From an uncultured Candidatus Saccharibacteria bacterium (GTDB taxonomy: Bacteria > Patescibacteriota > JAQUNI01): DNA of 64,000 nucleotides. The DNA lies in contig CAZKRD010000001.1 of the NCBI GenBank assembly GCA_964555185.1, positions 34,185 to 98,184 of the forward strand. The letters run 5' to 3'. The position numbers and the translations under genes were made by a program. Of the stretch, positions 1-9,735 are shown piece by piece. Within the stretch, counting starts at the first letter, position 1. Each line of letters starts with the position of its first letter. The notes beneath the pieces are model-generated. The model had not been told where the DNA came from. It worked only from the letters and a program-made list of their open reading frames with translations, and searched no databases.

Positions 1-1143
1 GATGCCAGCAGGTAATTCTTCTAATTCTCTAATTAATGCTGGTATAGAGATCTTTTTTTCTGATTCTGGGCTTTCTTTTGAGTCTGGCACATTTTCTAGA
101 GGAGCGGCTTCTGGTGTTTCTGGTTTTTTTGGAGGTTCTTCTGCGGAGGTTTTTGGAGTTTCTTTTTCCTTTGAGGTTTTGGTAGGAGGAAGGTGTATTT
201 CAACTTGACCTTGTTTTAAGTAAGGGACTGGAAGGATTACGCCTAGATCGAGACCAATTTTTCTGAGTTGTTCACCAATTGTTTCAAGTTGTGCATCAAT
301 TGTTGATTCTGGCTGTTCGGCGTGATTAAAGTCTTCTTCGCTGATATTAAGATAAATATATTGGTTTTCGGGCCAGCTTTCTGATTTAAGCTCTTTTATT
401 TTTTCCAGTATTTGTTCTTGGGGGAATTTTCCCTTTTTTTTGGATTCAATTCTAGCGGCAGGAAAGGTTAGTTGGAATTCACCTTCTTCGGCATAACTTT
501 TTGTTTCCATAAAAACTGGTGAGCAGTCCACTTGTTCCTGAATTTCGTTCGCTTTTTCCTCCGGCACATCTGTATTGAGCCAGACAATCACGGATTTGCC
601 TTCACCAATTTTTTCTAATTCTTTTACCAATTTTTGATACGGGAACTCTTTTGGTTTTTCTGATTCTGAAGATTTAGTTTCGGGTTTTTCCTCTGTTGAT
701 TTTTTTGATTCTTCCGGGGCTTGTTCTTTTGGGAGTTCTATCCGTCTGGCGCTTCTTGGATTTAACCAAAAGAAGCGTCTTGTTGAGCGATCAGGGAGTT
801 GTATGGTGGCTCTATTGTAGCCCTTGCTTCTGCCGTCCGCATAAAAATTTAGGAATGTTGCTTCTTCTGTTCTTCTGCCGGTCACGGCTATTACTTTGTC
901 TCCTGGTTTAAGGGTTTTTAATTCATCCGGAACCTCTTCTCCAAATTCGGGTGTTTTTTCTTCTGATTTTTTTTCTTCTGGGCTTTCTTCTTCTGCTAAT
1001 TTTGATTCATCTGTCCTTGCAAGCATGTCATCAACTTGAGATATTGTTTCTTCTCTCTTAGCAATCATTTCATCAAGTTCAGACACTGCTTCGTCAAATA
1101 TGTTTTTTTTTGCTGGCTTTGCTCTATCATTTTTAGTAGGAGG
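1..1143 (-). CDS. Partial E/K/P-rich hypothetical protein; in-frame continuation of ORF 1147-1722 past TAA TAA, runs off window edge
   Basis: Manual translation: frame open from 1143 to 1 (PPTKNDRAKPAKKNIFDEAVSELDEM...ELPKEQAPEES...IRELEELPAGI); absent from ORF track because it has no stop in the window. Confidence 0.75.
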
Positions 1144-1146
1144 TTA

Positions 1147-1722
1147 TTATGTCTTTTTTTTTTTTTTTTTTTCTTCTGATTCTTTCGGTGCTTGTTCTTT
1201 TGGTAGTTCTGGCTTTTCTTTTTCCGTTCCTGTATTTGAATCAGGTGTTTGCATTCTTTTTTTTATCCTTTCAAGCCTTTCTTTGTCTCTTTTTCCTTCT
1301 CCATGATCAATAATTGCACTAACACTACAATGGGGTTTTTCTTCTCCGGTATCAGTCTTTGTAATAACTTCTTCTTGGTCATATCGGATGGAGACTTGCA
1401 TTTCTAATTCTTTAATAAATTCTAGAATACCTGAAGGTTCCACAAATTGCACTAAATCTGGGTGAATATTAATAACAGCATTTTTTTGATGATCATCATC
1501 TGATGCTTCCCATCTTTTTAAAATTTCTTTTATTCCTTCAATTTTTTGTTTGGCTTCTTCCGCAGTGATTGTTGGTTTTTTTTCTTTTTCTGGTTTGGAG
1601 GCTTCGTGGTCATCTTCTGGGTTTGGCCTGCTGTCTCTTTTGATTTTTTGCCGCCGCCTTTTTTCTCTGGATTCATCCTTTATTTCCGGGGGCTTATTTT
1701 TTTCTCGTTCTTCTGCTGGCAT
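1147..1722 (-). CDS. E/K-rich hypothetical protein, probably the N-terminal part of a larger gene
   Basis: 191 aa ORF ending just after an A19 run; shares ELPKEQAP motif with the downstream frame. Confidence 0.7.
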   Translation of the reverse strand: MPAEEREKNKPPEIKDESREKRRRQKIKRDSRPNPEDDHEASKPEKEKKPTITAEEAKQKIEGIKEILKRWEASDDDHQKNAVINIHPDLVQFVEPSGILEFIKELEMQVSIRYDQEEVITKTDTGEEKPHCSVSAIIDHGEGKRDKERLERIKKRMQTPDSNTGTEKEKPELPKEQAPKESEEKKKKKKT

Positions 1723-1733
1723 TTATTTTAAGT

Positions 1734-2063
1734 TTATTTTTCTTTTTCTATTTTATTCCTAATTTGTTCTGCATCTTGAACAATGTCCTGCTTAAAACGG
1801 AGGATTTCGGCCATTCTAATTTCTTCAAGGTTTTTAACTTTCGCGGTCAGGAACTTGTCTACTTCTTGGGGAGAAGGATTTTTCTTGAGCAGTTGATCAA
1901 ATTTCTTTTTGTCCGCTTCGGTAAGCGCATCTAAGATCTGGAGGTTAATTCGGTCTAAAACGGTTTCTGCCATTTTGGAGATCAGCGCTGTTTTGTCTTT
2001 TTCTGGAAGATTTTCTAAGCCTAAGAGTTTGATGATATCTTTTTCTAATATTCTGATGTCCAT
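1734..2063 (-). CDS. DUF5663-like small helical protein typical of CPR
   Basis: LLGLENLPEKDK...L.ALTEADKKKFDQLL pattern; start moved to ATG at 2063 (MDIRIL). Confidence 0.65.
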   Translation of the reverse strand: MDIRILEKDIIKLLGLENLPEKDKTALISKMAETVLDRINLQILDALTEADKKKFDQLLKKNPSPQEVDKFLTAKVKNLEEIRMAEILRFKQDIVQDAEQIRNKIEKEK

Positions 2064-2180
2064 ATATTTTTTATTTTTAATTTTAGGGCAATAGGACTTG
2101 TTTGTATTATAGCACAAAAAACCCCAGAATAAAAATAACAGCCAGTTTGCAGTGAATAGTTTTTGCCTATAAGGCGGCTG

Positions 2181-2534
2181 TTATTTGTTGTCCTCTTTTT
2201 TTTCCTTCTTTTTCTCTTTTTCTGGCTCTGGTTTTGTTTTGGGCTTTTCTTCTTTTTGTTCCTTTCCCTTCTTTTGAGCAAATTTATTGATTTTAGGGGC
2301 TTTGATTACAGCTTCTGAAACCAAAAGATTATGGACAGTATCAGAAGGTTTGGCGCCTTTTTCCAGCCAATATTTGATCCTTTCTTTTTTAAGGCCGATC
2401 TTTTTCTTGATTGGGTCTAAAAAGCCCAGGATTTCAATAAACCGCCCTTTGATTGGGGCCGAGGCCTCGGCAACTACAATGCGGAAAAAGGGCCGGTTCC
2501 GTTTACCTCTTCTGGTTAAGCGAATTTTTAGCAT
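2181..2534 (-). CDS. rpsP: 30S ribosomal protein S16 with Lys/Glu-rich tail
   Basis: MLKIRLTRRGKRNRPFFRIVV...GAKPSDTVHNL. Confidence 0.97.
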   Translation of the reverse strand: MLKIRLTRRGKRNRPFFRIVVAEASAPIKGRFIEILGFLDPIKKKIGLKKERIKYWLEKGAKPSDTVHNLLVSEAVIKAPKINKFAQKKGKEQKEEKPKTKPEPEKEKKKEKKEDNK

Positions 2535-2596
2535 TTTGAGTCAGTTAGTAGATTAAGATTTCTATTACTTTACTTTAAATTAAAGTAAAAAGCAAG

Positions 2597-5083
2597 TTAT
2601 TTTTCCAGTTTCATTGAGAGTAGTTTTGAGACCCCGTCTTTACCCATCGTAACGCCGTACAAGACTCGGGCCTGTTTCATTGTTTCCCGGTTATGGGTGA
2701 TTGCGATTAGTTGGATTTTTCGGGAGAGTTGTTTCAAAATTCTGGCAAAGCGGACAGAGTTGGCTTCATCCAGGGCGGCATCCACTTCGTCTAAGATGCA
2801 GAAAGGAGGCTGGCTTTGTTTTAAGATACTGAAAATTAAAGCAAGGCCGACCAGTGATTTTTCGCCGCCGGAGAGCATAGAGAGATTTTTCAGTCTCTTG
2901 CCGGGCGGCGAGGCGCTGATCACAATGCCTTCTTCTTGGTTTTGCGCCAGAGAGGCGCGGCCGCCAGCAAAAAGCAGGCGGAAGTATTTTTTAAAGGAGA
3001 AGTTGATTTGTTGAAAAGACTGATTAAGGCGGAAAGAGATTGTTTTGTTTAATTTTTTGATCAGTTTGTTTAGGGCCAGCGAAGCTTTTTCCAGATCTTG
3101 GGCCTGTTGGTTTAGGAAATCAAATCTTTTTTGAGTCTTTTCGTATTCTTTGATTGTCTCCGGGTCGATTGATCCGATCAGTTCTAATTCCCGCTTGAGA
3201 CGATTTATTTTTTGTTCACATTTGCCCTCCTGCTCCGGCACTTTGATTCTGTCCAAATCTATTTTGTTCCAAGCGAGGCCTAAAGTCTTTCTTGCTTCGG
3301 ATTCCAGGTTCTGTTTTTGGAAAAGGATTTGAGCGCTTTCAATGTTTAGGCCTTCCAAGGTTTTTTTCTCGACAGCAAGCTCGTCCTCTCTTTTTCTTAA
3401 ATTTCTTTCCAAGCCAAAGACCTTTTCCTTGCTCTGTTCTTGGACTTTTAAAGAATCTTCGATTTGCTTTGTGATTATTCGGCTTTGTCTCTCTAGTTTT
3501 TCCAGTCGCGCCTTTAGGGCTTTTAGCTCAAGGTTTATTTCCTCCACTTCCTTTTTTTGATCCGGGGCTTTGATTTTGCTTTTTTTCGCCAGGAACTCAA
3601 TCTTATTTTCAAAGATTCTTTTTTGGTATGCTAGAAAAGCGGCTTTTTCGCCTTGGATTTGTTTTTCCGCCTGGAGCTTGCTTATTTCAAGCTCCAGATT
3701 CTCTTTCTCGTTGGCTAGATTTTTTAGTTTGAGCAAGATTCTCTTGCCCGAGGGGGAGTCGCTTGGCGCTTTCAGTCTTTCAATTAAACCTTTTAGCTCA
3801 TCATAGATGTTCTGAAGTTTGGTTTTTAGTTTTGCCGCGTCTATCCCGCGCTCAAAGGTTTTCAGAATGGTTTGGTGTTTTGCGAGCAGTTTGTTTAGGT
3901 CGGCTTCTATTGTTTGATCCTCGGGTTTTTGGTGTCTTTTCTGTAAGTCTTCTTTTTGTTCATTTATTTTTAAAAGTTCTTTTTGTCGATTTTTGAGTTT
4001 TTGGGCAAGACGGGTTTTGTTTTTTTCGATTGTCTTTATTTCCTGGTTTAACTTTTGGATTTCTGCTTCCAGCTCCCTGCTTTGAGCAAAAATCTGCTCG
4101 CGCGGTTTAAAATTTTGATTGAGGGCTTCGAGCCGGCCTTCTAGGATAGCGATGTTTTTCTGGATTTCATTTTCCTTCCCGTTGAACTCATTTTTTTTAA
4201 GATAGAGATTTTGCCAGATCTCCTGTGCTTTTTTGCGGCTTCTTTCTTGTTTTTGGAGCAGGGCTTTGAGATTGGAGATTTTGTTTTCCAGGGAGATTGC
4301 TTTTTCTTCCTTGACCCTTTTTCCGCTTTGGACTTTTTGCTGTTTCTTCGCTACGGAATCAATTTTTTGGCTGTACCAGGTTTTTTGGAAGGCTTTTAAT
4401 TTTTTTTCTGTTTTTTCTCGGGCGGCGGCGCGCAAAGCCTGCCTTTTCAATCGTTTTAAGTGCGGCTCGATCTCGGAAGTTAAACCCAAAACCTGGACTA
4501 TGTTTTCTTCTGTGGCTTTAAGCTTATTTTCTGCTTCCCGTTTTTTTAATTCCAGGTGCTTGGCGCCAGAGGCCTCCAAAAAGAGCTCTCTTTTCTCTTG
4601 CGGGCCCAAATCTACGATTTTATCAATCATCCCCTGGCCAATCACGCTGTATGTCTTTTGGCCGGCGCCTGTTTGGGTCAAGAATTGTTCAATGTCTTTT
4701 AAACGGACAGAGGCGCGGTTTAAGAAAAATTCTCCTTCGCCATTGCGGTAGAACCTTCTTTTCAAGGTGATTTCGGGGAAATCCAGGATCCTGTTTTTGG
4801 GAGCCTTCTTGCTTTTGGCTGAAATTCTATCAAGATGCAAAGCAACCTCGGCGCGGCCTAAGCTTTTCTTGGACTGAGAACCGGCAAAGATCACGTCTTC
4901 ACCTTTCTTGCTGCGGAGGGATTTTTTAGACTGTTCCCCTAAAACCCAGCGGATCGCGTCAGCGATATTTGACTTGCCCGAACCATTCGGGCCGACAATC
5001 GCTGTGATCCCTCTGTCAAATTCAAGCACCGTGCGGGAAGCAAAGGATTTAAAGCCGGTTAGAGTTAGTTTCTTGAAAGTCAT
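2597..5083 (-). CDS. smc: SMC-family ATPase, short (828 aa), no recognisable hinge
   Basis: GFKSFA, Walker A GPNGSGKSN, signature LSGGEK, Walker B/D-loop LDEVDAALD, ITH; coiled-coil middle. Confidence 0.9.
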   Translation of the reverse strand: MTFKKLTLTGFKSFASRTVLEFDRGITAIVGPNGSGKSNIADAIRWVLGEQSKKSLRSKKGEDVIFAGSQSKKSLGRAEVALHLDRISAKSKKAPKNRILDFPEITLKRRFYRNGEGEFFLNRASVRLKDIEQFLTQTGAGQKTYSVIGQGMIDKIVDLGPQEKRELFLEASGAKHLELKKREAENKLKATEENIVQVLGLTSEIEPHLKRLKRQALRAAAREKTEKKLKAFQKTWYSQKIDSVAKKQQKVQSGKRVKEEKAISLENKISNLKALLQKQERSRKKAQEIWQNLYLKKNEFNGKENEIQKNIAILEGRLEALNQNFKPREQIFAQSRELEAEIQKLNQEIKTIEKNKTRLAQKLKNRQKELLKINEQKEDLQKRHQKPEDQTIEADLNKLLAKHQTILKTFERGIDAAKLKTKLQNIYDELKGLIERLKAPSDSPSGKRILLKLKNLANEKENLELEISKLQAEKQIQGEKAAFLAYQKRIFENKIEFLAKKSKIKAPDQKKEVEEINLELKALKARLEKLERQSRIITKQIEDSLKVQEQSKEKVFGLERNLRKREDELAVEKKTLEGLNIESAQILFQKQNLESEARKTLGLAWNKIDLDRIKVPEQEGKCEQKINRLKRELELIGSIDPETIKEYEKTQKRFDFLNQQAQDLEKASLALNKLIKKLNKTISFRLNQSFQQINFSFKKYFRLLFAGGRASLAQNQEEGIVISASPPGKRLKNLSMLSGGEKSLVGLALIFSILKQSQPPFCILDEVDAALDEANSVRFARILKQLSRKIQLIAITHNRETMKQARVLYGVTMGKDGVSKLLSMKLEK

Positions 5084-5086
5084 AAG

Positions 5087-5203
5087 AAGTAATCACCAAT
5101 AACCAAGAAACAATAACCAGACAAATTCCAATAACCAAGTTCCAATTCGTTAGATAATTTGGTTATTCATTTTTTGCTGGTAGGTAGATTGATTATTAGT
5201 TTG
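5087..5203. repeat. Inverted 7-mer array (AATAACC type)
   Basis: aatcacc/aataacc/aataacc left arm; ggttatt/gattatt right arm; fills the gap upstream of smc. Confidence 0.6.
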
Positions 5204-5213
5204 TCCAGTGATT

Positions 5214-6152
5214 CTATTGGATAATCTCTTCCACTTTCACTTGGGCGACGCCCGTGCCCAGGGGTGCGATTTTTTTAAAGGCAGGGACATTGAGATCAAT
5301 AATCCTGCCTGGCACAAAAGGACCATAGTCATTAACCGTCACGATTACCTGTTTGTTGTTTTGGAGGTTGGTGACCCGCAAGATGGCGCCCTTTGGCCAC
5401 TTCGTTGCGGCACAGGTTAACTTGTCGCCGTAGCGGTAAAAGCTGGCAACGCCGCGGTAGGCCTCTCCGACCACAATCTTGGTTCCTTCGAGGATAATCT
5501 TGTCCTGCGGTTTTTCCAGGATCTCTTCTTTTTGGAGAATCCTTTGGTTCTCCTTGCCGTCCCGATAAACAATTTGATAGCTCTCCTCTTTGATTCCTTT
5601 TCTGCCCTCCTGGGCGATTTTGGTTGTGCCCCAATTCAAGGTATTGTCTTTTTTATTGATCGTTTGAAAAGGGATCGGAAGGCTTTTCTTGATTGTGCCG
5701 AATTTGACGCGGGTAACTATGATTTCCATATCGGTAAATAGGAATTTGGAAAGACGATAATTTATTTCATCATCAGGGCCCAAGATTACCCCAGTATCGG
5801 CTAAGACTTCTCCCGTGGTTTTTTGGAAGGTGTTAAAGCTTTTCGCTTTGCCGTCAGCTAAGATCGTGATCGGGGTGGCCCGTTCAATAATAATCCGGTC
5901 GTAAGCTTGCTCTAGAGGATCAGGGTAGATTCGGTCTTCGCGGTTTAGGGAGAGCCCGAGCTCAAGCAGGATTTCGGAGACAAGGGATTTGTTGGTTTTG
6001 ATTTTAAAATAGAGGCCGTTGTCAACAATTGTGATTTCTCTTGAAGTTTCTTTTGCCGATTCTTTTGCTTTTGAATCTCCGGGAATAAAAATAGTAGGTA
6101 TAAAAAAACACAGTAACAAAAATAGACTGATTTTGTTTTGATCTGATTGCAT
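5214..6152 (-). CDS. Ubiquitin-like (DUF348) + G5 + RlpA-like DPBB cell-wall protein
   Basis: N-terminal hydrophobic segment; G5 (QEGRKG...P.DKII.EGTK); RlpA-like VRVTNL.N.KQVIVTVNDYGPF..RIIDL; start moved to MQSDQN. Confidence 0.85.
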   Translation of the reverse strand: MQSDQNKISLFLLLCFFIPTIFIPGDSKAKESAKETSREITIVDNGLYFKIKTNKSLVSEILLELGLSLNREDRIYPDPLEQAYDRIIIERATPITILADGKAKSFNTFQKTTGEVLADTGVILGPDDEINYRLSKFLFTDMEIIVTRVKFGTIKKSLPIPFQTINKKDNTLNWGTTKIAQEGRKGIKEESYQIVYRDGKENQRILQKEEILEKPQDKIILEGTKIVVGEAYRGVASFYRYGDKLTCAATKWPKGAILRVTNLQNNKQVIVTVNDYGPFVPGRIIDLNVPAFKKIAPLGTGVAQVKVEEIIQ

Positions 6153-6245
6153 TGTTTCCCAAAAACTTGCTTTTTGGCTGCCCGCTGAACTAAGAAGGTG
6201 CCGCGGGCTTTGCCCCCCCCTGGGGGGGCTCCTGTCCAATGAAGA

Positions 6246-6929
6246 TTATTTGTATTGATCAAGGGCCGCCTCGGCTGCTGCTACCTGGGCTGTCTGTTTG
6301 GAGCTGCCTGTTCCTTTAGCAATCAGTTTTTTCTCAAGATAGACGCCGACAATAAAATGCTTGTTATGGTCAGGTCCGCTTTCTTTTAAGACCTGGTATT
6401 CGGGAGTAACCCCTTCTCGTTCCTGGGTTAATTCTTGAAAGTGGGATTTAGGGTCGATATATAGTTTTTCTTTGAGGATCCGAGGCAGTTTGACTAGGAT
6501 ATTTTTTTCAATGAATTTTTGGGCAACCTTGTATCCCTGGTCTAGATAAATCGCGCCAATTAAGGCCTCGAAGGCGTTGCCCAAGATGTATTCCCGCGCC
6601 TTGCCTGTGTCTTTCTTCTCCCCGCGGGAGAGATAGAGGAATCCATCCATCTCTAGGCTTTTGGCCATTTTAGCAAGCATTTTACTGTTGACTAGGCTGG
6701 AGCGCCAGTTTGTCATTTCGCCCTCCGGGTTGTCATAGTGGTGGTAGAGGTAGGCGGTAACCACAAGCTCTAAAACCGCGTCGCCTAAGAATTCCAGTCT
6801 TTCATTGTGGCCTAACTCAAAGTTATGGTTTTCGTTGATATAGGAGCGATGGACCAGGGCCTGTTTTAAGAGTTTCTGGTCCTTGAATGTAAGGCCCAAG
6901 GTTCGTTCAAGTTTAGAGAAGTCTTTCAT
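6246..6929 (-). CDS. rnc: Ribonuclease III
   Basis: HNERLEFLGDAVLEL signature, C-terminal dsRBD (GPDHNK.F); start moved to MKDFSK. Confidence 0.97.
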   Translation of the reverse strand: MKDFSKLERTLGLTFKDQKLLKQALVHRSYINENHNFELGHNERLEFLGDAVLELVVTAYLYHHYDNPEGEMTNWRSSLVNSKMLAKMAKSLEMDGFLYLSRGEKKDTGKAREYILGNAFEALIGAIYLDQGYKVAQKFIEKNILVKLPRILKEKLYIDPKSHFQELTQEREGVTPEYQVLKESGPDHNKHFIVGVYLEKKLIAKGTGSSKQTAQVAAAEAALDQYK

Positions 6930-6940
6930 AGTGTTAAATT

Positions 6941-7028
6941 CCCTGCCTACGCTCACGAGCTTCGGCAGGCGAGGCAAATTTCAAACACTCGCCTTGCGGC
7001 TTGGCTCGCCTAAGCTAGGCGAAGCGGG
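6941..7028. repeat. Two GC-rich palindromic micro-elements
   Basis: ccctgcctacgctcacgagcttcggcaggcgagg and ctcgccttgcggc...ggcgaagcggg, related to 17037-17058. Confidence 0.7.
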
Positions 7029-7065
7029 TGCCTGTAATTTGACATTTGTAATTTTAGAGGATTAT

Positions 7066-7509
7066 TTAATTTTCACTTTTATCTTCTTTTTTCGCTTCAA
7101 TCATCTTACGGTAAATAGTGCCTAAGACGCCGTTGATGAATTTGCCGGAAGAGGACCCGCCAAAAGCCTTGCCCAGCTCAATCGCTTCGTTGATTGCCAC
7201 TTTAGGCGGGACATCATTGTCTAATTTTAATTCGTAGATCCCGATTCGCAGGATATTGCGGTCAACAGTGGTGATCTGGTCCAAGGGCCATTCCGGGGCG
7301 TACTCTTCGATCATTTTGTCTATTTTCTCGCGGTTTTTTAAGACTCCGCGGACTAGATTTTTGACAAAATCAAAATCAGAAACACCAGGGGCGAATTCTT
7401 CGACATTGTGTTGAATGATTGCGGGGATAATTTGATCTTCTTGTCCTCCAAAGTCCCATTCGTAAAGACATTGCATTGCGATCGTGCGGAGGAGGTGTCG
7501 ATTAGGCAT
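7066..7509 (-). CDS. nusB: Transcription antitermination factor NusB
   Basis: [25 protein letters not shown]...SGKFINGVL. Confidence 0.97.
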   Translation of the reverse strand: MPNRHLLRTIAMQCLYEWDFGGQEDQIIPAIIQHNVEEFAPGVSDFDFVKNLVRGVLKNREKIDKMIEEYAPEWPLDQITTVDRNILRIGIYELKLDNDVPPKVAINEAIELGKAFGGSSSGKFINGVLGTIYRKMIEAKKEDKSEN

Positions 7510-7557
7510 ATTTTTGAATCATTTGTGGTTTCTATGATTGAAGAAAGAAGGTGCTTT

Positions 7558-7788
7558 TTAAGAGCCGCTTTTCTGCTTCTTTTTCTTTTTCGCTTTCTTT
7601 TTCCTTTCTTTCGCTTCTAGATCTAAAATTGTCCGCCCGCGGTAAACACCGCAAAAAGGACAGGCAATATGAGGAGGAATGCTTTTTTTGCAGCTTGGAC
7701 AGGGCACGAGCGCTGTTCTTTTGATTTTTTTCGCTGTTCTTCGTTTGTTCCGCCGCGCCCGCGTGGTTTTCTTTTTGGGGACAGCCAT
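7558..7788 (-). CDS. rpmF: 50S ribosomal protein L32
   Basis: MAVPKKK, CxxC...H.ACxxCG.Y. Confidence 0.96.
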   Translation of the reverse strand: MAVPKKKTTRARRNKRRTAKKIKRTALVPCPSCKKSIPPHIACPFCGVYRGRTILDLEAKERKKKAKKKKKQKSGS

Positions 7789-8077
7789 AAGAATTTTATT
7801 TAAGAGATTTTACGGTTTTATCGTAGCCCAGATTTGTCAAAATGTCAAAGTAGGATATGAATCTTGAATCTTGAATCATGCCACCAATTCCGAGTGGTCA
7901 CCCAGTAAGGGTGAAATTATGAAATCTGATTTGCCTTAAGTTCTGATATTGTGTTATACTAGGATTGAAGTATTAACAAGATTAAATAGATGATAATTAT
8001 AAATAGCTCTCAAAATTGGATCTTTTTTTACCGATTTTAAAAAGGGGCTATTTAGATTTATCTTATGAATCAAAACA

Positions 8078-9601
8078 ATGAACAATATAATAATTTCGTC
8101 TTTCGCGGCAATAATTTTTGGTTTTGTTGGCGGTTATTTTTTACGAAGATTTTTAGCTCAAAAAAAACAAGATTCTGTCGAGGCTAAGGCCAAAGCTTTA
8201 TTAGAGGAAGCCAAGACCCAGGCCCGGGAGCTAACTTTGGGCGCCAAAGACAAGGCCTTAAAATACACAGAGGAGGCCAAGCGTGAAGAGACACAGCGAC
8301 GAAAGGAGCTTGTCGCCTCAGAACACAGGTTAGCGAGAAGAGAGCAGTTTTTAGATCAAAGATTAAATGACCTAGAGAAGAAACAAAGGTATCTTGGCAG
8401 AGAGCAAAGTCAAGTAAAAGAGGTAAAGCGCGAGGTGCTTGAAATTAAAAAGAAACAGCTTAGAACCCTAGAGCGGGTGGCCAATCTTTCTCTTGCCGAG
8501 GCAAAGAAGGTTCTTTTGGAGATGACTGAAGATGATATGAAAGAACGTTTGATCAAGAGAATCAGGAAGCTGGAGCAGACAGAACAGGAAGAGGTAGATA
8601 GGAAAGCAAAGGGAATTTTGTCTCTTGCGATTCAGAGGTGCGCTTCTTCCCATGCCTCTGAATCCACGGCCACTACCCTGTCTTTACCGTCGGATGAGAT
8701 GAAAGGTCGGATCATTGGGCGGGAGGGCCGCAACATCAATGCGATTGAGAAGCTGACTGGTGTTGAAATCGTGGTTGATGACACGCCGGAGACAATTGTT
8801 ATTTCCGGTTTCTCGCCGATCCGGCGGCAGGTGGCGAAAAAGGCCCTAGAGAGACTGATTGTTGACGGCCGGATTCATCCAGCCAGGATTGAGGAGGCGA
8901 TTTCGGAAGCGAAAAAGGAGATTGCGCGGGATATGAAAGAGGCAGGCGATAACGCTTGTTATGACACCGGGGTTGCCGGCTTGCCTCCTAAATTAATCCA
9001 GCTTTTAGGGAGACTGAAATACCGGACCAGCTATGGCCAGAATGTTCTTCAGCACTCAATTGAGGTTTCTCATCTCTCAAGACTGTTGGCGGAAGAGCTA
9101 GGCGCTGATTCAGCGCTTGCCAAGAAAGCGGGTCTTTTGCATGATATCGGCAAGGCAGTGGATCATGAAATCAAAGGCACCCATATTGAGATCGGCAAAA
9201 GTATTTTAAACAAATTCGGTGTTCCCGAAGAGATTATCAAAGGGATGCAGTCTCATCATGAGGACACGCCCCATTCTTCTTTGGAATCCTTACTTGTGAC
9301 GACAGCGGACGCAATCTCTGGGGCGCGGGTCGGGGCGCGTAAAGACACTTACGAAGATTATTTGAATCGTTTGGAGGATTTAGAGGCGATTGCTAACAAC
9401 TTCCCCGGGGTAGAGAAGACCTATGCGATTCAGGCGGGTCGGGAGATAAGGGTCTTTGTTACGCCAGAAGAAATTGACGATCTAGCCTCGGCAAAGCTTT
9501 CCCGCAAGATTGCGGACAAAATTGAGGAGGAGCTGAAATACCCAGGTGAAATCAAGGTTTCTGTCGTGCGCGAAACCAGGGCTGTAGAGTTTGCGAGATA
9601 A
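8078..9601 (+). CDS. rny: Ribonuclease Y
   Basis: N-terminal TM, coiled coil, KH (KGRIIGREGRNI), HD (LLHDIGK). Confidence 0.97.
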   Translation: MNNIIISSFAAIIFGFVGGYFLRRFLAQKKQDSVEAKAKALLEEAKTQARELTLGAKDKALKYTEEAKREETQRRKELVASEHRLARREQFLDQRLNDLEKKQRYLGREQSQVKEVKREVLEIKKKQLRTLERVANLSLAEAKKVLLEMTEDDMKERLIKRIRKLEQTEQEEVDRKAKGILSLAIQRCASSHASESTATTLSLPSDEMKGRIIGREGRNINAIEKLTGVEIVVDDTPETIVISGFSPIRRQVAKKALERLIVDGRIHPARIEEAISEAKKEIARDMKEAGDNACYDTGVAGLPPKLIQLLGRLKYRTSYGQNVLQHSIEVSHLSRLLAEELGADSALAKKAGLLHDIGKAVDHEIKGTHIEIGKSILNKFGVPEEIIKGMQSHHEDTPHSSLESLLVTTADAISGARVGARKDTYEDYLNRLEDLEAIANNFPGVEKTYAIQAGREIRVFVTPEEIDDLASAKLSRKIADKIEEELKYPGEIKVSVVRETRAVEFAR

Positions 9602-9730
9602 GTTCAAAGTTCAGAATTGAGTTTAAAGTTAAAAGTTGATTAGAGAGTGTTGTTGAGTGTAAAGCGCTGGGGGCTTGTAACTTTAGACTTTGAATTATAA
9701 TTTTTAACTTTGCACTTTGAATTTTTAACT
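9601..9730. repeat. Inverted 7-mer array, family A (GTTCAAA/CTTTGAA)
   Basis: gttcaaa gttcaga...gtttaaa gttaaaa left arm; ctttgca ctttgaa tttttaa right arm; fills rny-ymdB gap. Confidence 0.75.
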
Positions 9731-9735
9731 ATATC

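Noticed and set aside
1144-1149. Stop-codon reassignment or simple phase variation explaining TAA TAA
   Set aside because: TAA terminates many core genes here, and shifting the A-run leads to stops in the other frames
2697-4751. Many short F/L/S-rich ORFs opposite real genes throughout the window
   Set aside because: Shadow frames of K/E-rich genes
6930-6977. N-terminal extensions in the ORF track (rnc, G5 protein, tilS, clpP, trmD, pilM, pilN)
   Set aside because: They run through repeats or leaders; downstream ATGs match family starts
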